From a virus (lineage: Duplodnaviria; Caudoviricetes): a stretch of 32,183 nt of DNA. The notes under the pieces are model-generated. The model ran no database searches and had not been told where the DNA came from. It worked only from the letters and a program-made list of their open reading frames with translations. The stretch spans positions 1 to 32,183 of the IMG/VR virus record IMGVR_UViG_3300011335_000411; one strand, written 5' to 3'. Position 1 is the stretch's first letter. Each line of letters begins with the position of its first letter. The position numbers and the translations under genes were made by a program. Shown here in pieces: positions 17,863-25,576 of this stretch.

Positions 17863-19642
17863 TAACTTACATATACTAAGCCTAAGTGCTTACACAACGC
17901 CTACAATCCAAGAATCTAAACGTGATAACTGGGTTGAATATGGCGAGGACAATAACTACTATTCATTTTTGATAGATAGATACACGAACTCAACAACAAA
18001 TTCGGCTATTATTAACAACATAGCACGACTTATTTACGGAAAAGGTCTTACTGCATTAGATGCGAATAGAAAGCCTAGCGAATACGCTCAAATGATGGCG
18101 TTATTCAGCAAAGAAGATATCCGTAAAATCGTTCTAGATAGAAAGATGTTAGGTCAATTTGCTATCCAAGTACACTACAACGAAAGACACGACAAAATTC
18201 TAAAGGCTTACCATATGCCTGTAAACTTGTTACGTGCTGAGAAATGTAATAAAGACGGAGAAATCGAAGGGTATTACTACTCTGATGATTGGACAGACGT
18301 TAAAAAGTTTGCTCCTACAAGATACCCTGCATTCGGAACTTCTAAAGAAAAGGTAGAAATTTTATTCTCGAAGCCTTATTCAGTTGGAATGAAATATTAT
18401 TCCTATGTTGACTATCAAGGTTCTTTGCCTTATGCATTATTAGAGGAGGAAATAGCAGATTACTTAATAAACGAAGTACAAAACGGATTCTCAGGTACGA
18501 AAATCGTAAATTTTAACAACGGAACCCCTACTGAAGAACAACAGTCAATGATTACGTCTAAAGTAATGAATAAGTTAACAGGTTCTAGAGGTCAAAAAGT
18601 AATCGTAGCATTTAACGACAATGCGGAATCTAAAACAACTGTTGATGATATTCCTTTAAATGACGCTCCTGAACACTACACATACTTATCTGAGGAGTGT
18701 TTACGTAAGATTATGTTAGGTCATAACGTGACTTCTCCGCTATTATTTGGAGTTGCTAGTTCAAATGGATTCAGTTCAAACGCAGACGAGCTTAAAAACT
18801 CCGCAGTGTTGTTTGACAATATGGTTATTCGTCCATTCCAAGAAGAAATCTTAGAAGCATTTGACAAGATTCTAGCATTTAACGGAATCAGCTTAAAACT
18901 TTACTTCCGTACATTACAACCTTTGGAGTTTGTAGACCTTGAGAACGCTCAAAGTACAGAACAAGTAGCAGAAGAAACAGGAGTTGATGGAACGCAGTTA
19001 AGCAAAATGGATAACGAAATTGCAGATGCGTTGATTGAATGCGGAGAGGAAGTAGGTAAAAATTGGGTATTAATTGACGAATTTGAAGTTGATTATGACA
19101 AAGAAGACTCAATTGATTTAGAGATTGAAAAAGCAAATAATGCAAAACAATCTTTATTGTCTAAAATTTACAACTTTGTGAGTACAGGAACTGCTAATCC
19201 TAGAGCGAAATCAGAACAAGATAAAACAGTTGATGGATTCAAATTCATCACACGTTATAAGTATAGCGACAATATCAGCGAAAATTCTCGTGAGTTTTGT
19301 AAAAAGATGGTTTCCGCTAAAAAAGTATATCGCAAAGAGGATATCGTTAGAATGGGTTCACAAGTAGTTAACGCAGGATGGGGAGCAAGAGGAGCAGACG
19401 AATATAGTATTTGGTTATTTAAGGGGGGTGGTTCTTGCCATCATAAATGGATTCGTCAAACTTTCGTAGCATTTGAAGAAGGAAGAGGAATTGACCCGTT
19501 AAGTCCTAACGCAAAAACAATCAGTACAAATAAAGCAGAGAAAGCAGGTTACAGAGTAAGGAATCCACAACAAGTTGCAATGCGTCCTGTAGATATGCCA
19601 AATCAAGGCTTTTTACCAACAAATAAAACATACGGGAAATAA
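17855..19642 (+). CDS. Portal protein with C-terminal MuF-like extension
   Basis: Portal-like first ~370 aa (IMLGHNVTSPLLFG, IRPFQ); C-terminal SREFC...KGGGSCHHKW. Confidence 0.8.
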   Translation: MSDNLHILSLSAYTTPTIQESKRDNWVEYGEDNNYYSFLIDRYTNSTTNSAIINNIARLIYGKGLTALDANRKPSEYAQMMALFSKEDIRKIVLDRKMLGQFAIQVHYNERHDKILKAYHMPVNLLRAEKCNKDGEIEGYYYSDDWTDVKKFAPTRYPAFGTSKEKVEILFSKPYSVGMKYYSYVDYQGSLPYALLEEEIADYLINEVQNGFSGTKIVNFNNGTPTEEQQSMITSKVMNKLTGSRGQKVIVAFNDNAESKTTVDDIPLNDAPEHYTYLSEECLRKIMLGHNVTSPLLFGVASSNGFSSNADELKNSAVLFDNMVIRPFQEEILEAFDKILAFNGISLKLYFRTLQPLEFVDLENAQSTEQVAEETGVDGTQLSKMDNEIADALIECGEEVGKNWVLIDEFEVDYDKEDSIDLEIEKANNAKQSLLSKIYNFVSTGTANPRAKSEQDKTVDGFKFITRYKYSDNISENSREFCKKMVSAKKVYRKEDIVRMGSQVVNAGWGARGADEYSIWLFKGGGSCHHKWIRQTFVAFEEGRGIDPLSPNAKTISTNKAEKAGYRVRNPQQVAMRPVDMPNQGFLPTNKTYGK

Positions 19643-20139
19643 TGGAAGCTTTATTTATTACTAGAGAAGATATCGTTAAGTACACTGCTTTAAATGGCAA
19701 TGTAGACACGGACAAGTTTATTCAATTTATTAAGATTGCACAGGACATTCACATCCAGAACTATCTAGGTACAAAACTATTTCAAAAACTACAAGCTGAC
19801 ATCGTTGCTAATACTCTTTCAGGTAACTATTTGACTTTGGTAACTACTTACGTTAAGCCAATGCTTATCCACTGGGGAATGGTAGAATATTTACCTTTTG
19901 CAGCATACACAATTGCAAACAAAGGAGTTTACAAACATTCTTCTGAGAACTCTGAAAACGTAGATAAAAACGAAGTAGATTACTTGTTAGAAAAAGAACG
20001 TAGCATTGCTCAGAACTACACGCAAAGATTTATTGACTATATGTCTTTCAATCAGCAGTTGTTCCCAGAGTATCGTTCAAACAAGAACAATGACGTATTC
20101 CCTGATTCAATGAATAACTACGTATCTTGGTACATATGA
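19642..20139 (+). CDS. Head-tail adaptor protein
   Basis: Helical 165 aa after the portal; AQDIHIQNYLGT motif. Confidence 0.6.
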   Translation: MEALFITREDIVKYTALNGNVDTDKFIQFIKIAQDIHIQNYLGTKLFQKLQADIVANTLSGNYLTLVTTYVKPMLIHWGMVEYLPFAAYTIANKGVYKHSSENSENVDKNEVDYLLEKERSIAQNYTQRFIDYMSFNQQLFPEYRSNKNNDVFPDSMNNYVSWYI

Positions 20140-20246
20140 AAAAAAGGATTAAACTAGGTGCTTACAAACCTAAAGAAACTAATGTTGAAAAGCTTCGTGT
20201 TTTTCTCGCTAAACTAAACAAAACATCTAAAGTAAATGAAAACTAA
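20136..20246 (+). CDS. 36-aa basic hypothetical protein
   Basis: ATGA overlap with the adaptor gene; fills the gap before the holin. Confidence 0.5.
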   Translation: MKKRIKLGAYKPKETNVEKLRVFLAKLNKTSKVNEN

Positions 20247-20661
20247 GCTATCACTATTCGTGTTTTCAATACTTACTATTTTAACGCCTGTTAAACCACT
20301 AGTTCTAATCGCAGTCTTTGCAATCATCCTAGATACAGGCTTCGGCATTTGGCGTTCAGTTAAAAAAGGAGGGTGGAAATCAATTCGCTCCCGTAGACTA
20401 TCTCACACCATTTCTAAGAGCCTTTTGTATAGCGGTGCTATTGTGTTTATCTTCTTGCTAGAAAAATACGTTGTAGCAGATATTTTAGGACACTTCATTG
20501 CTATTGATTTACTAATGACAAAAGCCTTTACTACGTTCTGCGTTTACACGGAAGTTAAAAGTATCAACGAATCTTATTTCTCAGTTACAGGAATAAATGT
20601 ATGGGATAAGTTTATCGCATTTGCCAAAAGAGGAAAAGAAACACTAGACGATTTAAAATGA
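20236..20661 (+). CDS. Holin
   Basis: Three to four hydrophobic segments, DTGFGIW and EVKSINE motifs, directly before the endolysin. Confidence 0.8.
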   Translation: MKTKLSLFVFSILTILTPVKPLVLIAVFAIILDTGFGIWRSVKKGGWKSIRSRRLSHTISKSLLYSGAIVFIFLLEKYVVADILGHFIAIDLLMTKAFTTFCVYTEVKSINESYFSVTGINVWDKFIAFAKRGKETLDDLK

Positions 20662-21221
20662 CGATAATAGAAAAGTACGTGAAGTTTACTAAGAAGTGGG
20701 AAGGTGGTTTATCTAGGGATAAATCAGACTCAGCTTCTTCTTATCCGTGTCCAACTCCTTACAAGGGAAAAACGGGATATCACACAAATGCGGGAATAAC
20801 ATACAAAACTTGGGTTTCGTTTTTTGGAACTGATAACGATGCAAGATTCTATTTAATGAACGCTGCTGATTGGTTCGCAGTATTTAAAAAAGGTTATTGG
20901 GATGGCGTTCGTGGAGATGCTTATAACTCTCAGAACATCGCAGTATTCGTTACAGGAATGGCGTGGGGTTCAGGCGTTAAACAAGCTAGTAAATCCTTAC
21001 AGGTAGCTATTAATCATTGTGGCTTACTTTGCACAGTTGATGGAATCATAGGGACAAAAACAATACTACTTGCGAACTCAATTGAACCACGTAAATTGTT
21101 TGATGCATTAACTGCTGAAAGAGAAAGATTCTTTTACGCAATAGGAACAGGTAAAAACGCTAAATTTTTGACAGGATGGTTAAACAGGCTAAACGATTAT
21201 CGATATACATTTCGACCTTAA
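20658..21221 (+). CDS. Endolysin, GH108-like with C-terminal peptidoglycan-binding domain
   Basis: WEGG...TNAGIT catalytic region; VDGIIGTKT; FLTGWLNRL. Confidence 0.85.
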   Translation: MTIIEKYVKFTKKWEGGLSRDKSDSASSYPCPTPYKGKTGYHTNAGITYKTWVSFFGTDNDARFYLMNAADWFAVFKKGYWDGVRGDAYNSQNIAVFVTGMAWGSGVKQASKSLQVAINHCGLLCTVDGIIGTKTILLANSIEPRKLFDALTAERERFFYAIGTGKNAKFLTGWLNRLNDYRYTFRP

Positions 21222-21634
21222 TTATTTTAAGTTCGTGTTCTGCTCATTACCACATTGTGAAAGCAATGAAGAAAGGGTACAGATGTGACGAAACTAGCGA
21301 TACTATACAAGTTTCGACAATAGATTCAATTCCTTACGTTTTAAGAGACTCTATTTTTTGGGAGAAGTTAATTGTTCAGAAAGATACAATCGTTCGTTAC
21401 AAAGCTTCTTTCGTGCCTAAAACGCGATTCCTGACACGTATTGAATACAAGTACAAGATAAAATACATAAAAGCGGAAGCACAAAAGGTAAAATACCAAA
21501 ACAAGTACATCACCAAGTACAAGACAAGATGGTTGTTTGTAATTATTGCTTTCATCTTGGGATTTTTTACAAGACTAGCTTTAAGCGAAACATTCAGAAG
21601 CAGAATCAAATTATTTACCAAACTATTCAAATGA
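21176..21634 (+). CDS. Lipoprotein with C-terminal TM helix (unimolecular spanin-like)
   Basis: Lipobox ILSSC; C-terminal WLFVIIAFILGFF; follows the endolysin. Confidence 0.65.
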   Translation: MVKQAKRLSIYISTLIILSSCSAHYHIVKAMKKGYRCDETSDTIQVSTIDSIPYVLRDSIFWEKLIVQKDTIVRYKASFVPKTRFLTRIEYKYKIKYIKAEAQKVKYQNKYITKYKTRWLFVIIAFILGFFTRLALSETFRSRIKLFTKLFK

Positions 21635-22668
21635 GTAAAACACCAAGAATTAGACTGAATCAGCAAGAGTTTGAATTAATACAACAATTCAGAGCAATAA
21701 AAGAAGAGTCTAACGGACTTGGTTTAAATGATGAGGATGTAAAACACGGATGGTTAAAGTCTAAAAATGCTTCATTGTTCTTCAAGAATCCTAACTTTAA
21801 AGAAGCTGAAGAAGTAAACTACAAAGAATTACAAGAATTAATCCTTCAGGACATTCGTGATTTCAAACCTGAATATCCAACTATCTTTCGTAATCCTTCA
21901 ACGGATGGTCATTTACTAGTGGTAGACCCTGCAGACGTTCACATAGGTAAGCTCTGTGATGCGTTTGAAACAGGCGAAGACTACAATAATCAAATAGCAG
22001 TTAAACGTGTTAAAGAAGGCGTACAAGGAATACTTGATAAATGTGCAGGATTCAACATTGACAAAATATTATTTATTGGTGGAAACGACATTCTTCACAT
22101 TGATACTCCAAGACGAACTACTACAGGAGGAACGCCACAAGATACAGATGGAATGTGGTACTCTAATTTTCTAATCGCAAAAAGGCTTTATGTTGATATT
22201 CTGGAAACTTTGCTATCTGTCGCTGATGTGCATTTTACTTTCAATCCATCTAATCACGACTACGTTCACGGATTCTTTCTTGCTGACGTCATACAGACGT
22301 GGTTTAAAGATTGTGATAACATTACTTTTGATTGTAGCATTTCTCATCGTAAGGGATTTCTATACGGAAAGAATCTAATCGGAACTACTCACGGAGATGG
22401 AGCGAAACACGAACACTTACCTTTATTAATGGCTACCGAGTTTCCACACGAATGGAGCTTGTCTAAGCATCGTTATGTTTATACTCATCACGTTCACCAC
22501 AAAACAAGTAAAGATTACATTGGAGTTACAGTAGAATCTCTTAGAAGTCCATCAGGAACAGACTCGTGGCATCACCAAAAAGGTTACGCTCACGCCCCTC
22601 AGGCGGTTGAAGGATTCCTTCATCATAAAGAACACGGTCAAATTTGCAGGATTTCCCATTTATTTTAA
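21631..22668 (+). CDS. Calcineurin-like metallophosphoesterase
   Basis: DVHIG, GGND, SNHD, HGD, HHVHH motifs; ATG 21631 overlaps the spanin stop. Confidence 0.85.
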   Translation: MSKTPRIRLNQQEFELIQQFRAIKEESNGLGLNDEDVKHGWLKSKNASLFFKNPNFKEAEEVNYKELQELILQDIRDFKPEYPTIFRNPSTDGHLLVVDPADVHIGKLCDAFETGEDYNNQIAVKRVKEGVQGILDKCAGFNIDKILFIGGNDILHIDTPRRTTTGGTPQDTDGMWYSNFLIAKRLYVDILETLLSVADVHFTFNPSNHDYVHGFFLADVIQTWFKDCDNITFDCSISHRKGFLYGKNLIGTTHGDGAKHEHLPLLMATEFPHEWSLSKHRYVYTHHVHHKTSKDYIGVTVESLRSPSGTDSWHHQKGYAHAPQAVEGFLHHKEHGQICRISHLF

Positions 22669-22703
22669 TACCTTTGACGAGTTAAATTAGTTTTTGTATT
22701 CAG

Positions 22704-22739
22704 AAAGGGGTTGTCATCACGTTGGCAATCCCTTTTTTT
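22704..22739 (+). terminator. Intrinsic terminator ending the late operon
   Basis: AAAGGGGTTGTCA-loop-TGGCAATCCCTTTTTT. Confidence 0.85.
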
Positions 22740-22922
22740 ATGGCTATAACCTTAAAGCGAATACCCCTTCGCTAAATAATCTTTGTAATAAGTAGCACGT
22801 GTCACACTTTTTAAAATAATTCTGTCGCATATTTATCGGATATTTGCGACATTTTACCTTTGTTCTATTACAAGAATTTCACAATTTTACCCTTGTTTTG
22901 TAACAAACATTTGCCACTATTT
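22738..22922. other. Non-coding stack of different palindromic, operator-like sites
   Basis: For example AGCGAA-N6-TTCGCT 22756-22773, TGTCGCA-N15-TGCGACA 22823-22851, TTGTT-N4-AACAA 22893-22906. Confidence 0.55.
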
Positions 22923-22996
22923 CTATTTATTGGCTTTTGTACACCTAGTAAAATCAAGCATTTTAAAAATAAATGTAAAAAAGTGAAAAAAAATTG

Positions 22997-23026
22997 TTGA
23001 TAATTGAAACCTTTGTTTTATATTTG
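22997..23026 (+). promoter_or_regulatory. Bacteroidetes housekeeping (early) promoter
   Basis: TTG-N19-TATATTTG; shares TTTATATTTGCATATAA with the promoter at 28437. Confidence 0.8.
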
Positions 23027-23059
23027 CATATAATTAATTCACAAACTAATTAACACGCT

Positions 23060-23224
23060 ATGAAAAAGACAGAAATGATTGATTTGATTCTACAAGAACA
23101 CGAAGTATTATTCAATGAATATATGGAGATGTACAACGAGTTCGGAATTAACGACTCTGCTACTGAATCAGCAGGAACAAGATTAGCAACTATTTCACAA
23201 CTTATTAAAAAACTTGGATTATGA
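23060..23224 (+). CDS. 54-aa early protein (MKKTEMIDLIL...)
   Basis: First ORF after the early promoter; ATGA overlap with the next gene. Confidence 0.7.
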   Translation: MKKTEMIDLILQEHEVLFNEYMEMYNEFGINDSATESAGTRLATISQLIKKLGL

Positions 23225-23415
23225 AAATTACAGACACACAAAAAGACTTTTTAGGCGGAGTTATTGCCTTTACTATGTTTTGGTTTGTAATAGGTTTTTT
23301 CACCGTTACGCAACCTGACTACACAAAGACTACGAAAGCACCGCAGATTGAAGCTAAACACGTTCAATCACCAATTTTAGAGAAATACGGAGAACTAATA
23401 ACTAACAATAAATAA
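23221..23415 (+). CDS. Single-TM early protein
   Basis: FLGGVIAFTMFWFVIGFF helix. Confidence 0.7.
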   Translation: MKITDTQKDFLGGVIAFTMFWFVIGFFTVTQPDYTKTTKAPQIEAKHVQSPILEKYGELITNNK

Positions 23416-23416
23416 A

Positions 23417-23758
23417 ATGAATAATTTCGAAGTAACAGATTACACTCTTTCAGTTTATGATTTAAACTTGGAGTATTTTTTAAACGACTACTACTACAAT
23501 GTTAAATGCGATTTTGAATGGTCAGACGAATGTACAAGTAGCTATATAGATTTTACTATCACTCCTTTGTCGGGTACGTTTTCCCATAGCGACACAGACG
23601 AAACGGGAATCATTGAAATAACGGATGATTATAAACAATGGTTACAAGACGTTTTAAAGGACTACAGAAAGAATACTTTGTGGTTATACAACGAATCACT
23701 TGAGAAAATGCAGAGTTTTAATGATAACGAACAAGATTGGAGCTACTATGGTATTTAG
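23417..23758 (+). CDS. Acidic early protein (113 aa)
   Basis: Asp/Glu/Tyr-rich ORF in the early operon. Confidence 0.75.
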   Translation: MNNFEVTDYTLSVYDLNLEYFLNDYYYNVKCDFEWSDECTSSYIDFTITPLSGTFSHSDTDETGIIEITDDYKQWLQDVLKDYRKNTLWLYNESLEKMQSFNDNEQDWSYYGI

Positions 23759-23876
23759 ACTACAAAGGATGATTAAGTTTTGGACAACCAAATCATCACA
23801 CGAACACATCAGAGGTACATTCAATGAGGAACTCTACAAAAGAATTTGTGAAATTAAATTCAATCAGCAGTTATGA
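23748..23876 (+). CDS. 42-aa hypothetical protein
   Basis: Overlaps both neighbours. Confidence 0.6.
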   Translation: MVFRLQRMIKFWTTKSSHEHIRGTFNEELYKRICEIKFNQQL

Positions 23877-24112
23877 AGCAGTGCTTTGATTGTCGCAGAA
23901 TGTTACCACTTAACGAATACACGGAAAATAAACGCATCTACGCTTTAAAGACTGATTTAGGACGTAACAGAGTATGTAAGCTATGTAACTTTAAACGAGC
24001 AGTGCAAGACCTTAAAATCGTCCGTTTAAATGAAGAAGGTAAGTTTCACATTATCGAATTTGAAAACGTAGGACAAGTAGCAGAATATTTTAAACAAAAA
24101 AACGAATTATGA
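23873..24112 (+). CDS. Zinc-finger protein (CxxC...CxxC)
   Basis: CFDC...CKLC. Confidence 0.75.
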   Translation: MKQCFDCRRMLPLNEYTENKRIYALKTDLGRNRVCKLCNFKRAVQDLKIVRLNEEGKFHIIEFENVGQVAEYFKQKNEL

Positions 24113-24291
24113 CAAAAGAAGAAGCACGAGAATATCTTAAAGGATATTTAGAAATGAAAGATTGTAATTTACCAATAGTAGATGAAATAGTAATGAGATT
24201 ACAAACGCCATTTGTGATTTCAGATATAACATTTTTAGGTTTAATCTGTATCGCTTATGATTTAAGACCACAACAAAAAAACGAATTATGA
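24109..24291 (+). CDS. 60-aa protein flanked by a 20-bp direct repeat
   Basis: AACAAAAAAACGAATTATGA at 24093-24112 and 24272-24291. Confidence 0.7.
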   Translation: MTKEEAREYLKGYLEMKDCNLPIVDEIVMRLQTPFVISDITFLGLICIAYDLRPQQKNEL

Positions 24292-24455
24292 AATACAAAC
24301 TAACATACAAAATAGGATTAGCAGTAGTACAAGAATGGATGTTCACATCTAAAAGTTTGTGCTATTGGAAGAAAATGGACTTAATAGAAACAGGACGTTT
24401 TAGTATGGGTTGTTTTGAAATCGAACAAATAGATGTTTTAAAATCGAACAAATGA
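24288..24455 (+). CDS. 55-aa hypothetical protein (MKYKLTYKIG...)
   Basis: ATGA overlaps at both ends. Confidence 0.65.
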   Translation: MKYKLTYKIGLAVVQEWMFTSKSLCYWKKMDLIETGRFSMGCFEIEQIDVLKSNK

Positions 24456-24865
24456 AAAATAACTTAATAGAGAAAGTCACTTACTTAATTGAGCGTGACC
24501 AATTAGACAAGCGAAACAGACGTAAAGAAATCATATACAAAAAATGTTACCTGATGAATCGTTTACGAGAAGAGCAGTTGACTTATCACGAAATCGGAGC
24601 TTACTTTAATCAGCATCACGCAAGTGTAATTCACAATGTACAAACTCACAAAGATTTAACTAAGTATAAAAATCAGGACTACAAAAACACGATCACTGAA
24701 TACAGAGTATTTTTAGTAGACACAAAGTACGTTGTTAATCCAAGAAACATTCTTGACGATGTAAAAGCGTGTACAAGTCTTTACAAGCTCCAAAGAGTAA
24801 AACGATGGATTGACGAAGGAAGATATAATTATTTACAAGAAAACAAAACAGAAATAGAAAATTAG
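24452..24865 (+). CDS. DNA-binding protein with DnaA C-terminal-like HTH
   Basis: LTYHEIGAYFNQHHASVIHNV resembles the DnaA domain IV HTH. Confidence 0.7.
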   Translation: MKNNLIEKVTYLIERDQLDKRNRRKEIIYKKCYLMNRLREEQLTYHEIGAYFNQHHASVIHNVQTHKDLTKYKNQDYKNTITEYRVFLVDTKYVVNPRNILDDVKACTSLYKLQRVKRWIDEGRYNYLQENKTEIEN

Positions 24866-24868
24866 CGT

Positions 24869-24876
24869 TATATTTG
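24869..24876 (+). promoter_or_regulatory. Bacteroidetes -7 promoter element for the replication operon
   Basis: TATATTTG; no clear -33 TTG. Confidence 0.55.
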
Positions 24877-24880
24877 TACG

Positions 24881-24982
24881 TGGGTAAGCAGACCCTATTT
24901 AAAGAACTTATTAGAACCTCATTTGGCGAGTAGTGCTGCTTCACGAAAACCGAATGGGGTTTTTTCATTTTAAAGCAGTAAA
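24881..24982 (+). ncRNA. Structured leader RNA / attenuator with complementary loops
   Basis: GGGT-AAGCAG-ACCC hairpin; 12-bp stem 24915-24926/24950-24961 plus U-run with apical loop CTGCTT; another AAGCAG at 24973-24978. Confidence 0.6.
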
Positions 24983-25576
24983 GTGGCAACAGAAAAAAAA
25001 TCATTTCTATTGTATTGTGATGTTATTCACACGGTAGAAAAAATGAAAGATGTAGATGCAGGAGCATTACTTAAACACATCTTACGTTACGTAAATGACC
25101 AAGACCCAGTAACGGACAATCCCATTGTAGAAATAGCATTTGAACCAATTAGACAAAGTCTTAAAAGAGATTTAGTTAAATACGAGAATATTCGAATGCG
25201 TAATAGTGAGAACGCAAAGAAGCGATGGGATGCGACCGCATCCGACCGCATACCAAATGTACCAAGTGATACCAAAAATGCCGATAGTGATAGTGTAAGT
25301 GATAGAGTTATATCTAAAGATATATATAATAAAACTACATTAGATAATCGCAAACAAAAGTTTGCCGATTCGTTAGTTCCTTTTTTAGAAAAGTATGGGA
25401 AGGATATGTTAAACAAGTTTTATATGTATTGGACTGAACACGGTGAGCGTGATAAAAAAATGCGATTTGAGAAAGAAAAAGCATTTAACTTAGTGCTTCG
25501 TTTAAGCAATTGGTTTGAACGAAATAACGAAAGAAAGAAAATAGAAGTTAAATTACCTCCTCAAATCATAGACTAA
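24983..25576 (+). CDS. Replication initiator / replisome organizer (DUF6291-like N-domain)
   Basis: KKSFLLY...DAGALLKHILRY N-terminus, low-complexity DSDSVSD linker, FYMYWTE..MRFEKEK C-terminus; precedes the helicase. Confidence 0.75.
   Translation: MATEKKSFLLYCDVIHTVEKMKDVDAGALLKHILRYVNDQDPVTDNPIVEIAFEPIRQSLKRDLVKYENIRMRNSENAKKRWDATASDRIPNVPSDTKNADSDSVSDRVISKDIYNKTTLDNRKQKFADSLVPFLEKYGKDMLNKFYMYWTEHGERDKKMRFEKEKAFNLVLRLSNWFERNNERKKIEVKLPPQIID

Noticed and set aside
22643-22739. Short RNA from TACCTTTG (22669) to the terminator
   Set aside because: The -33 spacing is marginal (22 bp) and the terminator is already explained by the late operon.
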